Assembly: GCF_018350175.1 (NCBI RefSeq)
Contig: NC_058368.1
Coordinates: forward strand, 70,124,001 to 70,188,000
Origin: Felis catus
Lineage: Eukaryota
Length of the DNA stretch: 64,000 nt
Direction of reading: 5' to 3'
Shown: positions 13,194 through 23,689 of the stretch, piece by piece
Layout of the letters: every line of letters begins with the position of its first letter
How positions within the stretch are numbered: the first letter of the stretch is position 1
Notes under the pieces: model-generated
The model's database searches: none
The model's input: the letters and a program-made list of their open reading frames with translations, nothing else
Told to the model about the DNA's origin: nothing
Translations under genes and position numbers: made by a program

Positions 13194-14511
13194 CTTACCC
13201 AGGCAGGAAGGAGAAGAGCCACACACTTTGTTAAACTTGTCAGCAGTCAAGTAAAGAAAATAGAAAAGTGATCTGGGTTAGCAATCAAACAGCTAAACTT
13301 CCTACTGTGTACCATCACCAGAGCAGATGAAAAATGAGACCCGTGCTGGAATGACACCTGTCGCCCATCCCGTAGCCAACGGTCTCCCTCCCTGTGTTAT
13401 TGTGTGGAGTAGGACAGGGCATGCACGGAGCGTCATCGGGCAACATGCTGCTGGGTGATTTCAGACTGACGTGATGAGAAGGCACAGTAGTCATCAGACC
13501 GGACTGCCACGGAGAGCAGACACCGAGAGCGTTTACACTACTGCTCGGGACCTTTTTCACGTGTAGCAGAGACCACGGCAAAATTTTCCATACGGCAGGG
13601 CACACAGCTCACCACAGGGCACGTAACAAGTAACACTACCTTCCACTCCTGCCTTCCTATGCCCATCTGGTTTTAGGATAGTCCGAGGAAGCATACTTCT
13701 ATATGCAAATATATACAGGGTGCTTATAAAGTCAGAAGACCTTTTTTTTTTTTCTTAATTAAATTTACAGTCATTACAAGTTAACAGTTACACAAAACCC
13801 AATTCTAAAATATTTTGTTGGGACAGAAATCTTCGGCTTCCCACATTCACCATGTTCAGTTCTGTGGCATTTCATCCTATTTTGCACAACACTCTCCAAA
13901 TGCCATCTTGTGATGTAGGTGACAGTTACTTCAAGGAGGCTGTGAAGCTTGCTGGGCACAGTGCCAGCAATATATGTGTCTGCCCATTTTCACGGGACAA
14001 AGTCAAAGCGAATAAAATCAAGGTGGGAGGCATTACTGTATAAGGTCACCTTGTATATACTTGCTTTTGGTACTCAAAAGTGCAAATGTAAAAATTACTG
14101 TTACGATAAAAAATAACAGCTAAAATTAGAGAACTTGTAAGTGCCGCTGCATTTCAGTTAAAAATAAAAAATATTAATAGGATAAAAGAATAAAATACGC
14201 TAAGTTTTCTTTAAAAAAAAACCACAACCTTTCAATGAACATAAAACATAATTCTGGACATTTCTCAAATATCCCAAGAAAAGAACAATGTTAACATAAA
14301 AAGTAAAATCTTCACATTCAAACAGTTCTTAAAAATCTCTTTCCCATTTCATTGCTGTAAAACAGAATCATAGATAAGAGAAAAAACCCTCAATTACTAC
14401 TAAATTTTAAAGTTTTTCTTACAATGTAAATATGTTCACTTTAAATAAACTGCTAAAAACAGTAACAATAGAAAAATAGGATACTTAGACCAAGACCCCA
14501 TAGATACATTA

Positions 14512-14683
14512 TCACGGAATACACAACACTGACAAAAACAAATACAGACACACTGAGAGTGGGTATAGGGCGGGAGTAAGAACTTGGTAATGACAAGATG
14601 TGCTCTGAGGAAATGCTTCCAAGAAGGACCTGCGTGGCTGTCCCTGAGCAGAGTTTCCAGCTCTCCTCAAGTTCAGGATGGAT
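14512..14683 (-). CDS. DOCK9: Candidate alternative last exon (coding part): (R)SILNLRRAGNSAQGQPRRSFLEAFPQSTSCHYQVLTPALYPLSVCLYLFLSVLCIP*
   Basis: CTCTCAG acceptor in the phase needed after exon 15545-15592, 56 open codons, then AT-rich UTR-like sequence and AATAAA at 13188-13193. Confidence 0.5.
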
Positions 14684-14863
14684 CTGAGAGTATGGTGTGG
14701 GGCAGGGCAATGAGGATGTATGATACTCAGCAAAGAGCCCCGGCCGGACAATAGTAGAGCACGGTCAGCTTAGTTGGAGAAAAAAATTTTAGAGATGGTT
14801 TTTGTGGGAGTCTAAACAAACCTGAGATGGACTGAAAACACTCTTTCATTATGAAAAAAAGGC

Positions 14864-15092
14864 GGGGCGCACCTGGGTGGCTCAGTCACGTAAGTGTCTG
14901 ACTTCGGTTTAGGTCATGATCTCGTGGTTCATGAGTTCGAGCCCCGTGTCGGGCTCTGTGCTGACAGCTCGGAGCCCGGAGCCTGCTTCGGACTCTGTGT
15001 CTCCCTCTCTCTCTGCCCCTCCCCTGCTTGCACTCTGTCTGTCTCTCTCTCTCAAAAATAAAGAATAAGCATTTAATAAAATTTTTAAAAAA
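14864..15092 (+). mobile_element. SINEC_Fc-type SINE
   Basis: Full head, CT tract, A tail. Confidence 0.95.
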
Positions 15093-15544
15093 GGGAGTGG
15101 TTATATGAGAAATTAACATCCTTGTAGTCGGGAGAAGGAATGGTAAAAAATGACCTTTGAAAGTCAAACAGGGAAAGGGGAAACCACTGAAGAAGAAGAA
15201 AAGAGCAAGGAGACACACCAGGAGGGGCTGGGAGAAGAGAAAGGGGACATGGAAGGAAGAGAACATGGCGGGGGTGGGGGGTAGAACTTGGAAGGAAGTG
15301 TACGAGAGCAGCAGCAGGCCATGAAGGGAAATCCTTCCAAGAGATGTGCATGAGGCAAAATGAGACAGAAGGAGTGTGGGAATGTAGGCGGAAGATGCTA
15401 CCAGATTTGATGGCAGCAATCCAAAGACATCACGGCTGTTTATGAGAATTCCAACTGCCAATCATCACAGATGACGATTCCCACACATTCAGATCCAAGT
15501 GACACGGAGAATGATACACAGTTCAGACCAAACCCCCACAGTAC

Positions 15545-15592
15545 CTGGCTATGTATCGCTTCCCCATGTACTGGAACTGGTGCAAGCAGACT
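15545..15592 (-). CDS. DOCK9: DOCK9 exon, 48 nt: VCLHQFQYMGKRYIA(R/S)
   Basis: GCAG acceptor, CAG|GTACTG donor, phase 2->2. Confidence 0.95.
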
Positions 15593-15669
15593 CTGCAGAC
15601 GGGATGAAAGATTATTAGGAAAACGGGAAAATAACTGTCGTCAATACGTTGTTTTAGTTAAACCCATCA

Positions 15670-15887
15670 GGGGCGCCTGGGTGGCTCAGTCAGTTAAGCG
15701 TCTGACTTCAGCTCAGGTCATGATCTCACAGCTCGTGAGTTCGAGCCCCGCATCGGGCTCTGTGCTGACAGCTTAGAGCCTGGATCCTGCTTCAAATTCT
15801 ATGTCTCCCTCTCTCTCTGCTCCTCCCCTGCTCATGCTCTGTCTCTCCTTCAAAAATAAATAAAAACATCTAAAAAAAATTAAAAAA
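15670..15887 (+). mobile_element. SINEC_Fc-type SINE, about 75 nt from an exon acceptor
   Basis: TSD aaacccatca. Confidence 0.95.
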
Positions 15888-16131
15888 AAACCCATCAACA
15901 AGAACATTTACTAAACTCTTACACCTACCACTAGCCTCTTGCTTCTGGGGCTCAGAAATTCTCAGGAAGGTCCCTCTCGCCCAGAGACGGTTACTAACCT
16001 ACCCTTGTTGTGCTGCTGTCGGTATTGTGCTGCATGGTCAGAGCCACAGAGAGGCTGGGACCAACAGGGCTGTCCACAGACTCAGGGTCTAGACGCTGAC
16101 TCAGGCAGTTTGTCATAGAAATCACAACGGA

Positions 16132-16362
16132 GGGGCGCCTGGGGGGGCTCAGTCACTTAAGCGTCCGACTTCGGCTCAGGTCATGATCTCTTACTTCATG
16201 GGTTCACGCCCTACATCAGGCTCTGGGCTGACAGCTCGGAGCCTGGAGCCTGCTTCAGATTCTGTGTCTCCCTCTCTCTCTGCCCCTCCCCTGCTCATGC
16301 TGTCTCTGTATCTGTCTCTCTCAAAAATAAATAAACATTGAAAAAAATTAAAAAAAAAAAAA
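16132..16362 (+). mobile_element. SINEC_Fc-type SINE
   Basis: Degenerate TSD agaaatca..gga. Confidence 0.95.
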
Positions 16363-16649
16363 AGAAATCAGGATGGAAAACCTAGACACTGGTGCACTCT
16401 TCTAAACTGCGTATTTGTCCTCTGATTAAGGAGCTCCCTCTTTTGGCTTTTGTAAATGGACTAGTCCCTTACAGACACCCAGTATCCAGTTTTTTGGTTT
16501 GCTGTAATATATCCACAACACTGATAGCTTTAAAAAATCATGTATTTAATAAGAAACAGCCACAATAATGTCCAGCATGTTCTTCTGGTGCTGAATCCCA
16601 TCTGTCTCTCCCACCTTTAACTCAGCAGAGAGAACAATCACGAGACTAT

Positions 16650-16975
16650 GAACTAAGGCCACAATCCAAAATGCACAAAGTTCTGAACACCATAGGTTTC
16701 CACCTGAGTTTAAGCAAATACATTTGCAGCAAAATCATGACCCCAACTAAAAAGATCTAAAGCTACTTATAGTTATAACTTACCCCATTATTGTGAACAA
16801 TCATAGTGCTGCAGAAAGTTTTTTTACTGCAGAAGCAATAATGTGTTTAATTGTGGGGTGCTGTCTGAGACCCCCCACTGGGGTGTTACAGAATATGCTG
16901 TATATGTACATTTTCTAAAAATCTAATAAATTCTGGATTTGGAAAATCATTTGGACAAGGGACTGTGAATCTGTG
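16650..16975. mobile_element. Possible old non-autonomous DNA transposon (TcMar/Tigger-like)
   Basis: Degenerate terminal inverted repeats ggccacaatcc ... gggactgtgaatctgt. Confidence 0.4.
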
Positions 16976-17434
16976 TTTTTTAAAGTAGAGTTTAAAGGAA
17001 ATCAGAAATGTAAATTAAAGAGATAAAATGAGATAATATAGATAAAATGTGAGATTTCACTTATATTTCAAAATCATAGTTATTTTTCTGTCTCAGTTTT
17101 CACAACTGCTTGAGCTAAATTAGATTCAATTTAGAAATGTAGCATCCACCCAATTCGGCTAATAAATTGTGCTATCTTATTAAAATGACTTATACACACA
17201 GTTAGCTCTCATCTATAACAACAATATCTCTAATAATTCAGGTTTGGTCACTGCCCACTGAGTCATGTGCTCCTGAGAGCAAGTGCTGGGGTCGGGTCCA
17301 GGAGAAAGAGCTCAAAACTAAGTATGAGTATACAGCATTCCAGGTTCAACTACATCGTATTGCTCACACCTTTTAATCAGCCAGGAAAAATAAAGATTAA
17401 AAAAAAAATCAATGACCAAAACAAAACTACTCAC

Positions 17435-17501
17435 TCAGATATTGTAAAAAAATCCATAAGTTCAGACGTTGAAGCCTTGTTCCAATACGTAAACAAAGCA
17501 T
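17435..17501 (-). CDS. DOCK9: DOCK9 exon, 67 nt: ALFTYWNKASTSELMDFFTIS(E)
   Basis: CTAG acceptor, GTGAGT donor, phase 1->2. Confidence 0.95.
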
Positions 17502-17691
17502 CTAGAAGATAAACATTAATTTGGTCAGAATCACGATGTGTATTATATGCATTAGGGGACGGGGAAAAGATTTTGGAGCATAAACCCCCAAACCCTCCTG
17601 CTTTTACAGCTAATCAAAGAACAAACCACAGTGACCAATCTATACCAGTAACATATACAACATGCACATTCAATTTAAAGAAGCTACATGT

Positions 17692-17905
17692 GGGAGCACC
17701 TGGGTGCCTTAGTCGGTTAAATGTCTGACTCTTGGTTTCAGCTCAGGTCATGATCTCACGGTTTCCTGAGTTCGATTCCCGCACTGGGCTCTGTGCTGAC
17801 AGTGTGGAATCTGCTTGGGATTCTCTCTCACCCTCTCTCTCTGCCCTGCCCCCACTTGTGCTATCAGTCTCTCTCAAAATAAATAAATAAAAACTTAAAA
17901 AAAAT
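17692..17905 (+). mobile_element. Carnivore SINE (SINEC)
   Basis: Head, CT tract, A tail. Confidence 0.93.
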
Positions 17906-17949
17906 AACTGAACTTTAACCTCATCCTGCATCACTCAGCACCATATAGT

Positions 17950-17953
<4 letters not shown>

Positions 17954-18029
<76 letters not shown>
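17954..18029. repeat. (AC)23 directly followed by (GT)15: palindromic microsatellite
   Basis: Read directly; centre CAC|GTG at 17999/18000. Confidence 0.97.
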
Positions 18030-18031
<2 letters not shown>

Positions 18032-18373
18032 TTTTTTTTTTCCCCAAAGGTTGACTGCCATGTGCAGCACCTCATTTGGATGTGTCTGGAGTCTTGGAAG
18101 CTGGACTCTCCTACATTCTCCCACAAATAGACCTTGAGAGCTTGTCTGGAGGTTCCAACAGGGAAGCACAGCTATCATATACCTTTGACCCAAGAATGGT
18201 CCTCCTCTGTCAGGGAGGGTCGTCCTCTTTGACCAAGCACACAGCTTTGGGAGGGACACACATGGAGCAGGGAGGGAGGAAGGGGACACCCACCTAGCCA
18301 GCCAGATTGGCCAAATCAATCCTGGCGATCAATGGGGTGACAGATGTCACAGCCAGATAAACCCTCACATCCC

Positions 18374-18550
18374 TTTTTTTTTTCATTTGAGAGAGAGAGC
18401 ACGAGTGAGGGAGAGGGGCAGAGAGAGAGAGAGAGAGAAAGTTTTAAGCAGGCTTCACACTGAGCCTGACACAGGGCTTGATCCCACAATGCTGGGATCA
18501 CGACCTGAGCTAAAATCAAGAGTTGGATGTTCAAACGACTCAGCCACCCA
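18374..18550 (-). mobile_element. Carnivore SINE (SINEC)
   Basis: Poly-T, GA tract, reverse head. Confidence 0.92.
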
Positions 18551-19305
18551 GTTTCCTTTATAGTACACATTTAAGTTATATATAATGTGCTCTTAAATGG
18601 ACCAGAAATTTCAAAGAATACAAGTAGGCATATAATCTCAAGTTAGGCTCTCTCTTTGCTTACTACACAATCTCTCTCCAGTAAGGAATCTGTTGAAAAT
18701 TCTTGTATGTACTTCAGTACCCTCTTCCTAGCACACACATGCAGAAATGGAGGCATACATGCTGCACACACTGTTTCTCCTTTGGGTTTCAATTCAACAA
18801 CATAGTCTAGATCAATTCCAATCTTTTCCAAGTTGCATCATATTCCTCTCCATGAATGCACTGTGATTGAGTTAGCCAGTCCCTTACTGATAGATATTTA
18901 CTTGTTTTTTTCTCCCTAATCTTTTGCCGCCTTATATTATGGTTTGAAGAACATCCTTTTACATGGATGTTTGCACACTTGTCCAACTACATCCACAGGA
19001 CAAATATTCTAGAAGTGAAACAGCCATGTCAAATGTTATGTGCATTTAAAATTTTGACAGATATTGCCAAATAGTTTTCCAAACATGCAATGTATGCGAT
19101 TTCCTGTTTCTCAGCATGATGATTCAGTATCCTCTCAATTAAGAAGTCACACTCATACCTGCTCTGCATCAAGATGACCTGGCATATTTTCAGTGAAGGC
19201 AAATCCTATAAATATATTTATAGGAAGCATTCTTTGTGTATGACCCTTAGCTTTTTAGCATTGCACAAAGAGTGTTATCATTGGATAGTTAAACACGTTT
19301 GCATT

Positions 19306-19516
19306 CTTTTTTTTACTGTTTATTTTTGAGAGAGAGAGTGCAAGAACATGAGTGGGGGAAGGGGAGAGAAAGAGGAGGGGATGAGAGGATCTGAAGCAGG
19401 CTCTGGGCTCTGTGTGGACAGCAGAGAGCCTGACATGGCACCTGAACTCACAAACTGTGAGATCAAGATCTGAGTCAAAGTCAGAAACTTAACCAACTAA
19501 GCCACCCAGGAGCCCC
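19306..19516 (-). mobile_element. Carnivore SINE (SINEC)
   Basis: TSD aaacacgtttgc / aaacacttttgc. Confidence 0.92.
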
Positions 19517-19714
19517 AAACACTTTTGCTTTATATTTTGTCTCGGTTGGGAAATTGGTGAAGAGATTTCTCTCAGGAAAAAAAGCCAGTGAGTCTTGGGT
19601 CCTGAGGTGAGTGAGAGCATGTCTGCAGAGATGCTGATGGCTCCTGAAGGTGCATGGCCTCAGACTTTTTACTCCACACTTGTCTAGAATGGTGACAGGC
19701 AGGGGAAGCCATGG

Positions 19715-19717
<3 letters not shown>

Positions 19718-19776
<59 letters not shown>
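19718..19776. repeat. (AT)29 microsatellite
   Basis: Read directly. Confidence 0.97.
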
Positions 19777-19777
<1 letters not shown>

Positions 19778-19982
19778 CGACTGTGTTCTCTTGCAGGCTC
19801 TCTCCTGGGTGGTCTCATGATTGCATACCTATCAAATCTGAATTCGCACCATGGCCAGAGGAAGAATTCCAATTTATAGATAAGCTAATGAAGGCTTAGA
19901 GAAGTCAAGTAATTCTCCCAATTACCAACTTGAAGAATCATGGTGGGATGGGGATTTAAATCAAATATACCTGATTTTCATG

Positions 19983-20176
19983 TTTTTTTAAAAATGTTTA
20001 TTTATCTATTTTGAGAACGAGACAGAGGGTGCAAGCAGGGGAGGGGCAGAGAATCCCAAGCAGGCTTCACGTTGTCTGTAGTCTGACATAGGGCTTGATC
20101 TCACAAACCATGAGATTGTGACCTAAGCCAAAATCAAGAGTAGAACGCTCAACCAACTGAGCCATCCAGGTGCCCC
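19983..20176 (-). mobile_element. Carnivore SINE (SINEC)
   Basis: Poly-T, reverse head ending ggtgcccc. Confidence 0.92.
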
Positions 20177-20206
20177 AAGCACACCTAATTTTAAAAGCCA
20201 CGTTAA

Positions 20207-20318
20207 GGGGTGCCTGGGCTGGCTCAGTCGAAGGAGTATGTGACTCTTGATCTCAGGGGCTTGAGTTCAAGCACCATGCTAGATACAGAGATTACTTAAA
20301 TAAATAAAATTAATTTTT
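20207..20318 (+). mobile_element. Short tRNA-derived carnivore SINE without CT tract
   Basis: A/B-box head; TSD aaaagccacgtt / aaaagccatgtt. Confidence 0.85.
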
Positions 20319-21826
20319 TAAAAAGCCATGTTTAGTCTACTAGACAAGTAAAATGAGTAGGTTGGTTCAGGGATTCTGAGTTTAGATTCCAGAGGGACAG
20401 AGTCTGGTTACTTGAGGTTGACCATCCTCATGTGGTGAGAACCCAAAGAGCCAAGTGAACATGGGAGGAGGGGGAGGGTGGCTCTCAGGGTCAACCTGCA
20501 GACATCTTTGGTAACCCCAGCACATATCAGACAAAACCGGCTGGCTAGCCAAGAGGCACCAAGCCGCCTTTCCTTTTGGCTATTGGCTGAGGCTGAGGCT
20601 GAGGCTACTGGCCAAGGAAAGGGGGAAGGACAACTAACCTCTATGAAGGAGGGAAGGGCCCAACACATAGAAGGTGCTCCTTGAATGTGGAATAAGGAAA
20701 AGAGTAGCTATAGAGTTACACAGTTGACTTTGGTTGTCTGTCTGGCAGAATACTCCAAAGGCAATTTCTCCCCCACCCCATACCATACACAAGAATCAAG
20801 TCCAGGTAGACGTTAAGATTTCAATGTGAAAGTTTAAATAAAATACCACTGTTAAAGAAAATGTAGAAGAATATCTTCATAACTCTGGGGGTAGATGAGG
20901 ATTTTTTAAACAGGACACACACAAACATTCAAATTATAAAAGGAAAGAAATTGATAAGTTGAAGGTAATTTTTTAGAAAAGATGCTCTAAAACTGTTTTT
21001 GAAGAGATGGTTGCATTTTTCAAGTATGCACATGGCCTTCCAAAGTGCTGACTTTAAAGGAAAACTTTCACTTGGATGCAAAATTTTGGATACTCTGGTT
21101 TTAAAAAGTAGTTCCGTTCTGGTTATATATCATATTTATTATTTGAAACTTGAAATGTTTTAAAGAAAATTTTCAGCAAAGGAAAAAACAGAATTACAAG
21201 GCTGGCTAATAAGATTCACTCACCACCATGATGTAAAGTTCAGAACTTTTGATATTAAGGGAAGAATTTCAATTTTATAGCTCAAATATCAGAGTAAGTG
21301 CCCAGTGCTTTGGTATTTGGTCATCACTCAAGGAAAATCTTGTCTGTTGTTTATTTAAAGCTATTTTAAAATAAAGGTGACAGAAAAATAAAACAGTCCA
21401 GTCCTGAAGCACTTTAAGGACAGTATGCTGTTCCTAACATCTGAGTACTAAGGTCAGGATGTTAATGCTATGGAAATGGAAGCTTAATATAAAAGTAATA
21501 CTATTTTTTAGGCAGAAATGTCTTCCCCTGGGTGTTTAACGCCCATACCTACTGCCACCACACACAGGCAGCAGGAGATGCCTTCAACATTTTGTTTTCA
21601 AAAGACTTTGCTCACTCAATATTCTTCACAGTAAACTTTCTGATATGTTGCAGGGAAAGTAGGATAAGATTTTTGAACAAGTTAAGAAATGTGACCTTGT
21701 ACCATGGCATGATTTCATGTGATTGCTCGTATGACAAAACCAGAGTTGAAATGTCTATCACAGACATTTAAAACTTTATTCTATTAAAAAAATATGGTCT
21801 TCAAACCCTTCAGAAACTTAACCTAC

Positions 21827-22135
21827 TGGGGTGGCTGGGCAGCTCAGTCAGGGGGAGAGGGAGACACAGCCTCCAGGCTCTGAACTGTCAGGTTGAACTC
21901 AAAAACTGTGAGATCATGACCGGAGCTGAAGTCAGATGCTTAACTGACTGAGCCACCCAGGTGTCCCTCGACTCTTGATTTGAGCCCAGATCATGATCTC
22001 ACAGTTCATGAATTCAAGCCCACTGACAGCACAGAACCTTCTTAAGATTCTCTCTCTCTCAATGTCCCTGCCCTTCCTCAACCCATGCACACGTGTGCTC
22101 TCTCCAAAAATAAATAACTAAACTTAAAAAAAAAA
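21827..22135 (+). mobile_element. SINEC interrupted by an inverted SINEC fragment (21851-21967)
   Basis: Outer TSD aaacttaacctact / aaacttaatctact; head split around a minus-strand SINE. Confidence 0.85.
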
Positions 22136-22643
22136 ACTTAATCTACTATGATACTACTATTTCCACTAGAAAACGAAAAACTCACATCTCACTTCCAGTT
22201 AAAGCCAGGAATGTCACACACTCTCTAAATGCAACTGATGCTTAGATCCCCCAATACTACATATTCCAATTCAAGAGCCTGACTAGAAAGTTATGCAAGT
22301 TGCCAGTACGTTTGTTTGGACAAATAAAATTAAAAAAAAAAAAAATCAAAAGCTACCTCATTTATCTGCTTCTGTCTCATTTAAGATGGTACGTCTGAGT
22401 TTAATGAAAAATATTTTTAAATGGCCCATGCACATTTTAGAACTCATTTTCTAGAACAATTAGTAAAAATCTTTTTCCAAATTAAGACTTTTACTTCTAC
22501 TACATTTAGTAAATTAACATGTATTTCAAACATGGAAGAAAAGCCTTTTAAATCCTTATATCCTTTCAATCAATTACAAGTTTTAAAAATTAAACTAAAT
22601 ACTAAACAAAGAAAGTAAAACTGACATCCTTATTTTAACCTAC

Positions 22644-22758
22644 CATCAGACATGCTTTTTAAGATGTAGAGGAAACACATCAGCAGGCTCTTAATCTCAG
22701 ACTGGTCAAGTTTGTCACAGCGAACCACAGAATTTCCCAAAGCGCCACCTTGCTGGTG
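22644..22758 (-). CDS. DOCK9: DOCK9 exon, 115 nt: HQQGGALGNSVVRCDKLDQSEIKSLLMCFLYILKSMSD(D)
   Basis: Poly-T plus AG acceptor, GTAGGT donor, phase 0->1. Confidence 0.95.
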
Positions 22759-23674
22759 CTAAAAAAAAAAAAAAAGGAAGTACAGGTGATTTTTTTATCC
22801 ATTACAGGGAAAACAAAACTAGGTTCATTTTTCTCCCTTGAAAGAGAAAGATTCTTAGGACTGAGTCAAATCACACAAATCGAAAGGTATAACTACTTTG
22901 TCAACAAACTACAGGCACACCCTCACCAAATACACACACAGGTGCTGGTGCATAGGAGCTCTGACTCGTCTCCTTTCACATACTTTCCTAAGAGACAAGC
23001 CAGAAGGCGAGGACTTTTCAAACTGGGTAACTATAGTTATGGCTACCAGCTTAGTTCTGAAATGCCAAGTACAATCTCATGCAGAAAGTATGCGTACTAG
23101 GATCAGACACAGAAATGATGCTTCAGAAGACACTGCAGGATATGGTTGGGAACCATATCCTCAGGAGAACGCCAGTGGCTGAAAGAGCAAATAAAATCTA
23201 TCCTGCTCCTGTGTACCAGCCAAGAAAGCCTGGTGCTGAGTCACTGGCATTCAGCTGACAACGTGGGGCACCCTTGGGGAAAAGCGATAGGCAGGTACCC
23301 AATAGGGCCAAATTAGGGACAGCTCAGCAGAGTGTGGCCAAAGACCCTAAATTGATGAGATCATCCCCTCACCAGCTTAGCCCAACACCGCAAACTTCCG
23401 AACACACAGGGCACAGGGTGAGAGCAGTTTTGCCACTAGACAGCAGGTTCACGTAAAAAAAAAAAAAAAAAAAAAAAGAACAAGAATCTCATCTCCTGAT
23501 AAAAACACAGGAGATTTTAAAGTCTTCAAAGTTACATTTCCAATCGAAATCAGGATTTTATTTTACTTTTTTTTTTTGCCAAATACCAAAGCAGAAAGAT
23601 CAATTAAAAATATCTTTCATTCAAGGCATTGGGGGGCAATTTAAAAAAAATAACGATAAATGGGCTTAACTAAC

Positions 23675-23689
23675 CACACACGTGTATTT
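23675..23689 (-). CDS. DOCK9: Candidate 15-nt microexon: KYTCV
   Basis: CACTAAC branch point 28 nt upstream, pyrimidine tract, CTAG acceptor, GTG|GTTAGT donor, phase 0->0 in a phase-0 intron. Confidence 0.65.

Noticed and set aside
14886..15461. 191-aa ORF, the longest in the track
   Set aside because: Made of an antisense SINE plus a pyrimidine-rich intronic stretch; no recognisable protein.
20207..20290. tRNA-like sequence
   Set aside because: Head of a tRNA-derived SINE with A tail and TSD, not a tRNA gene.
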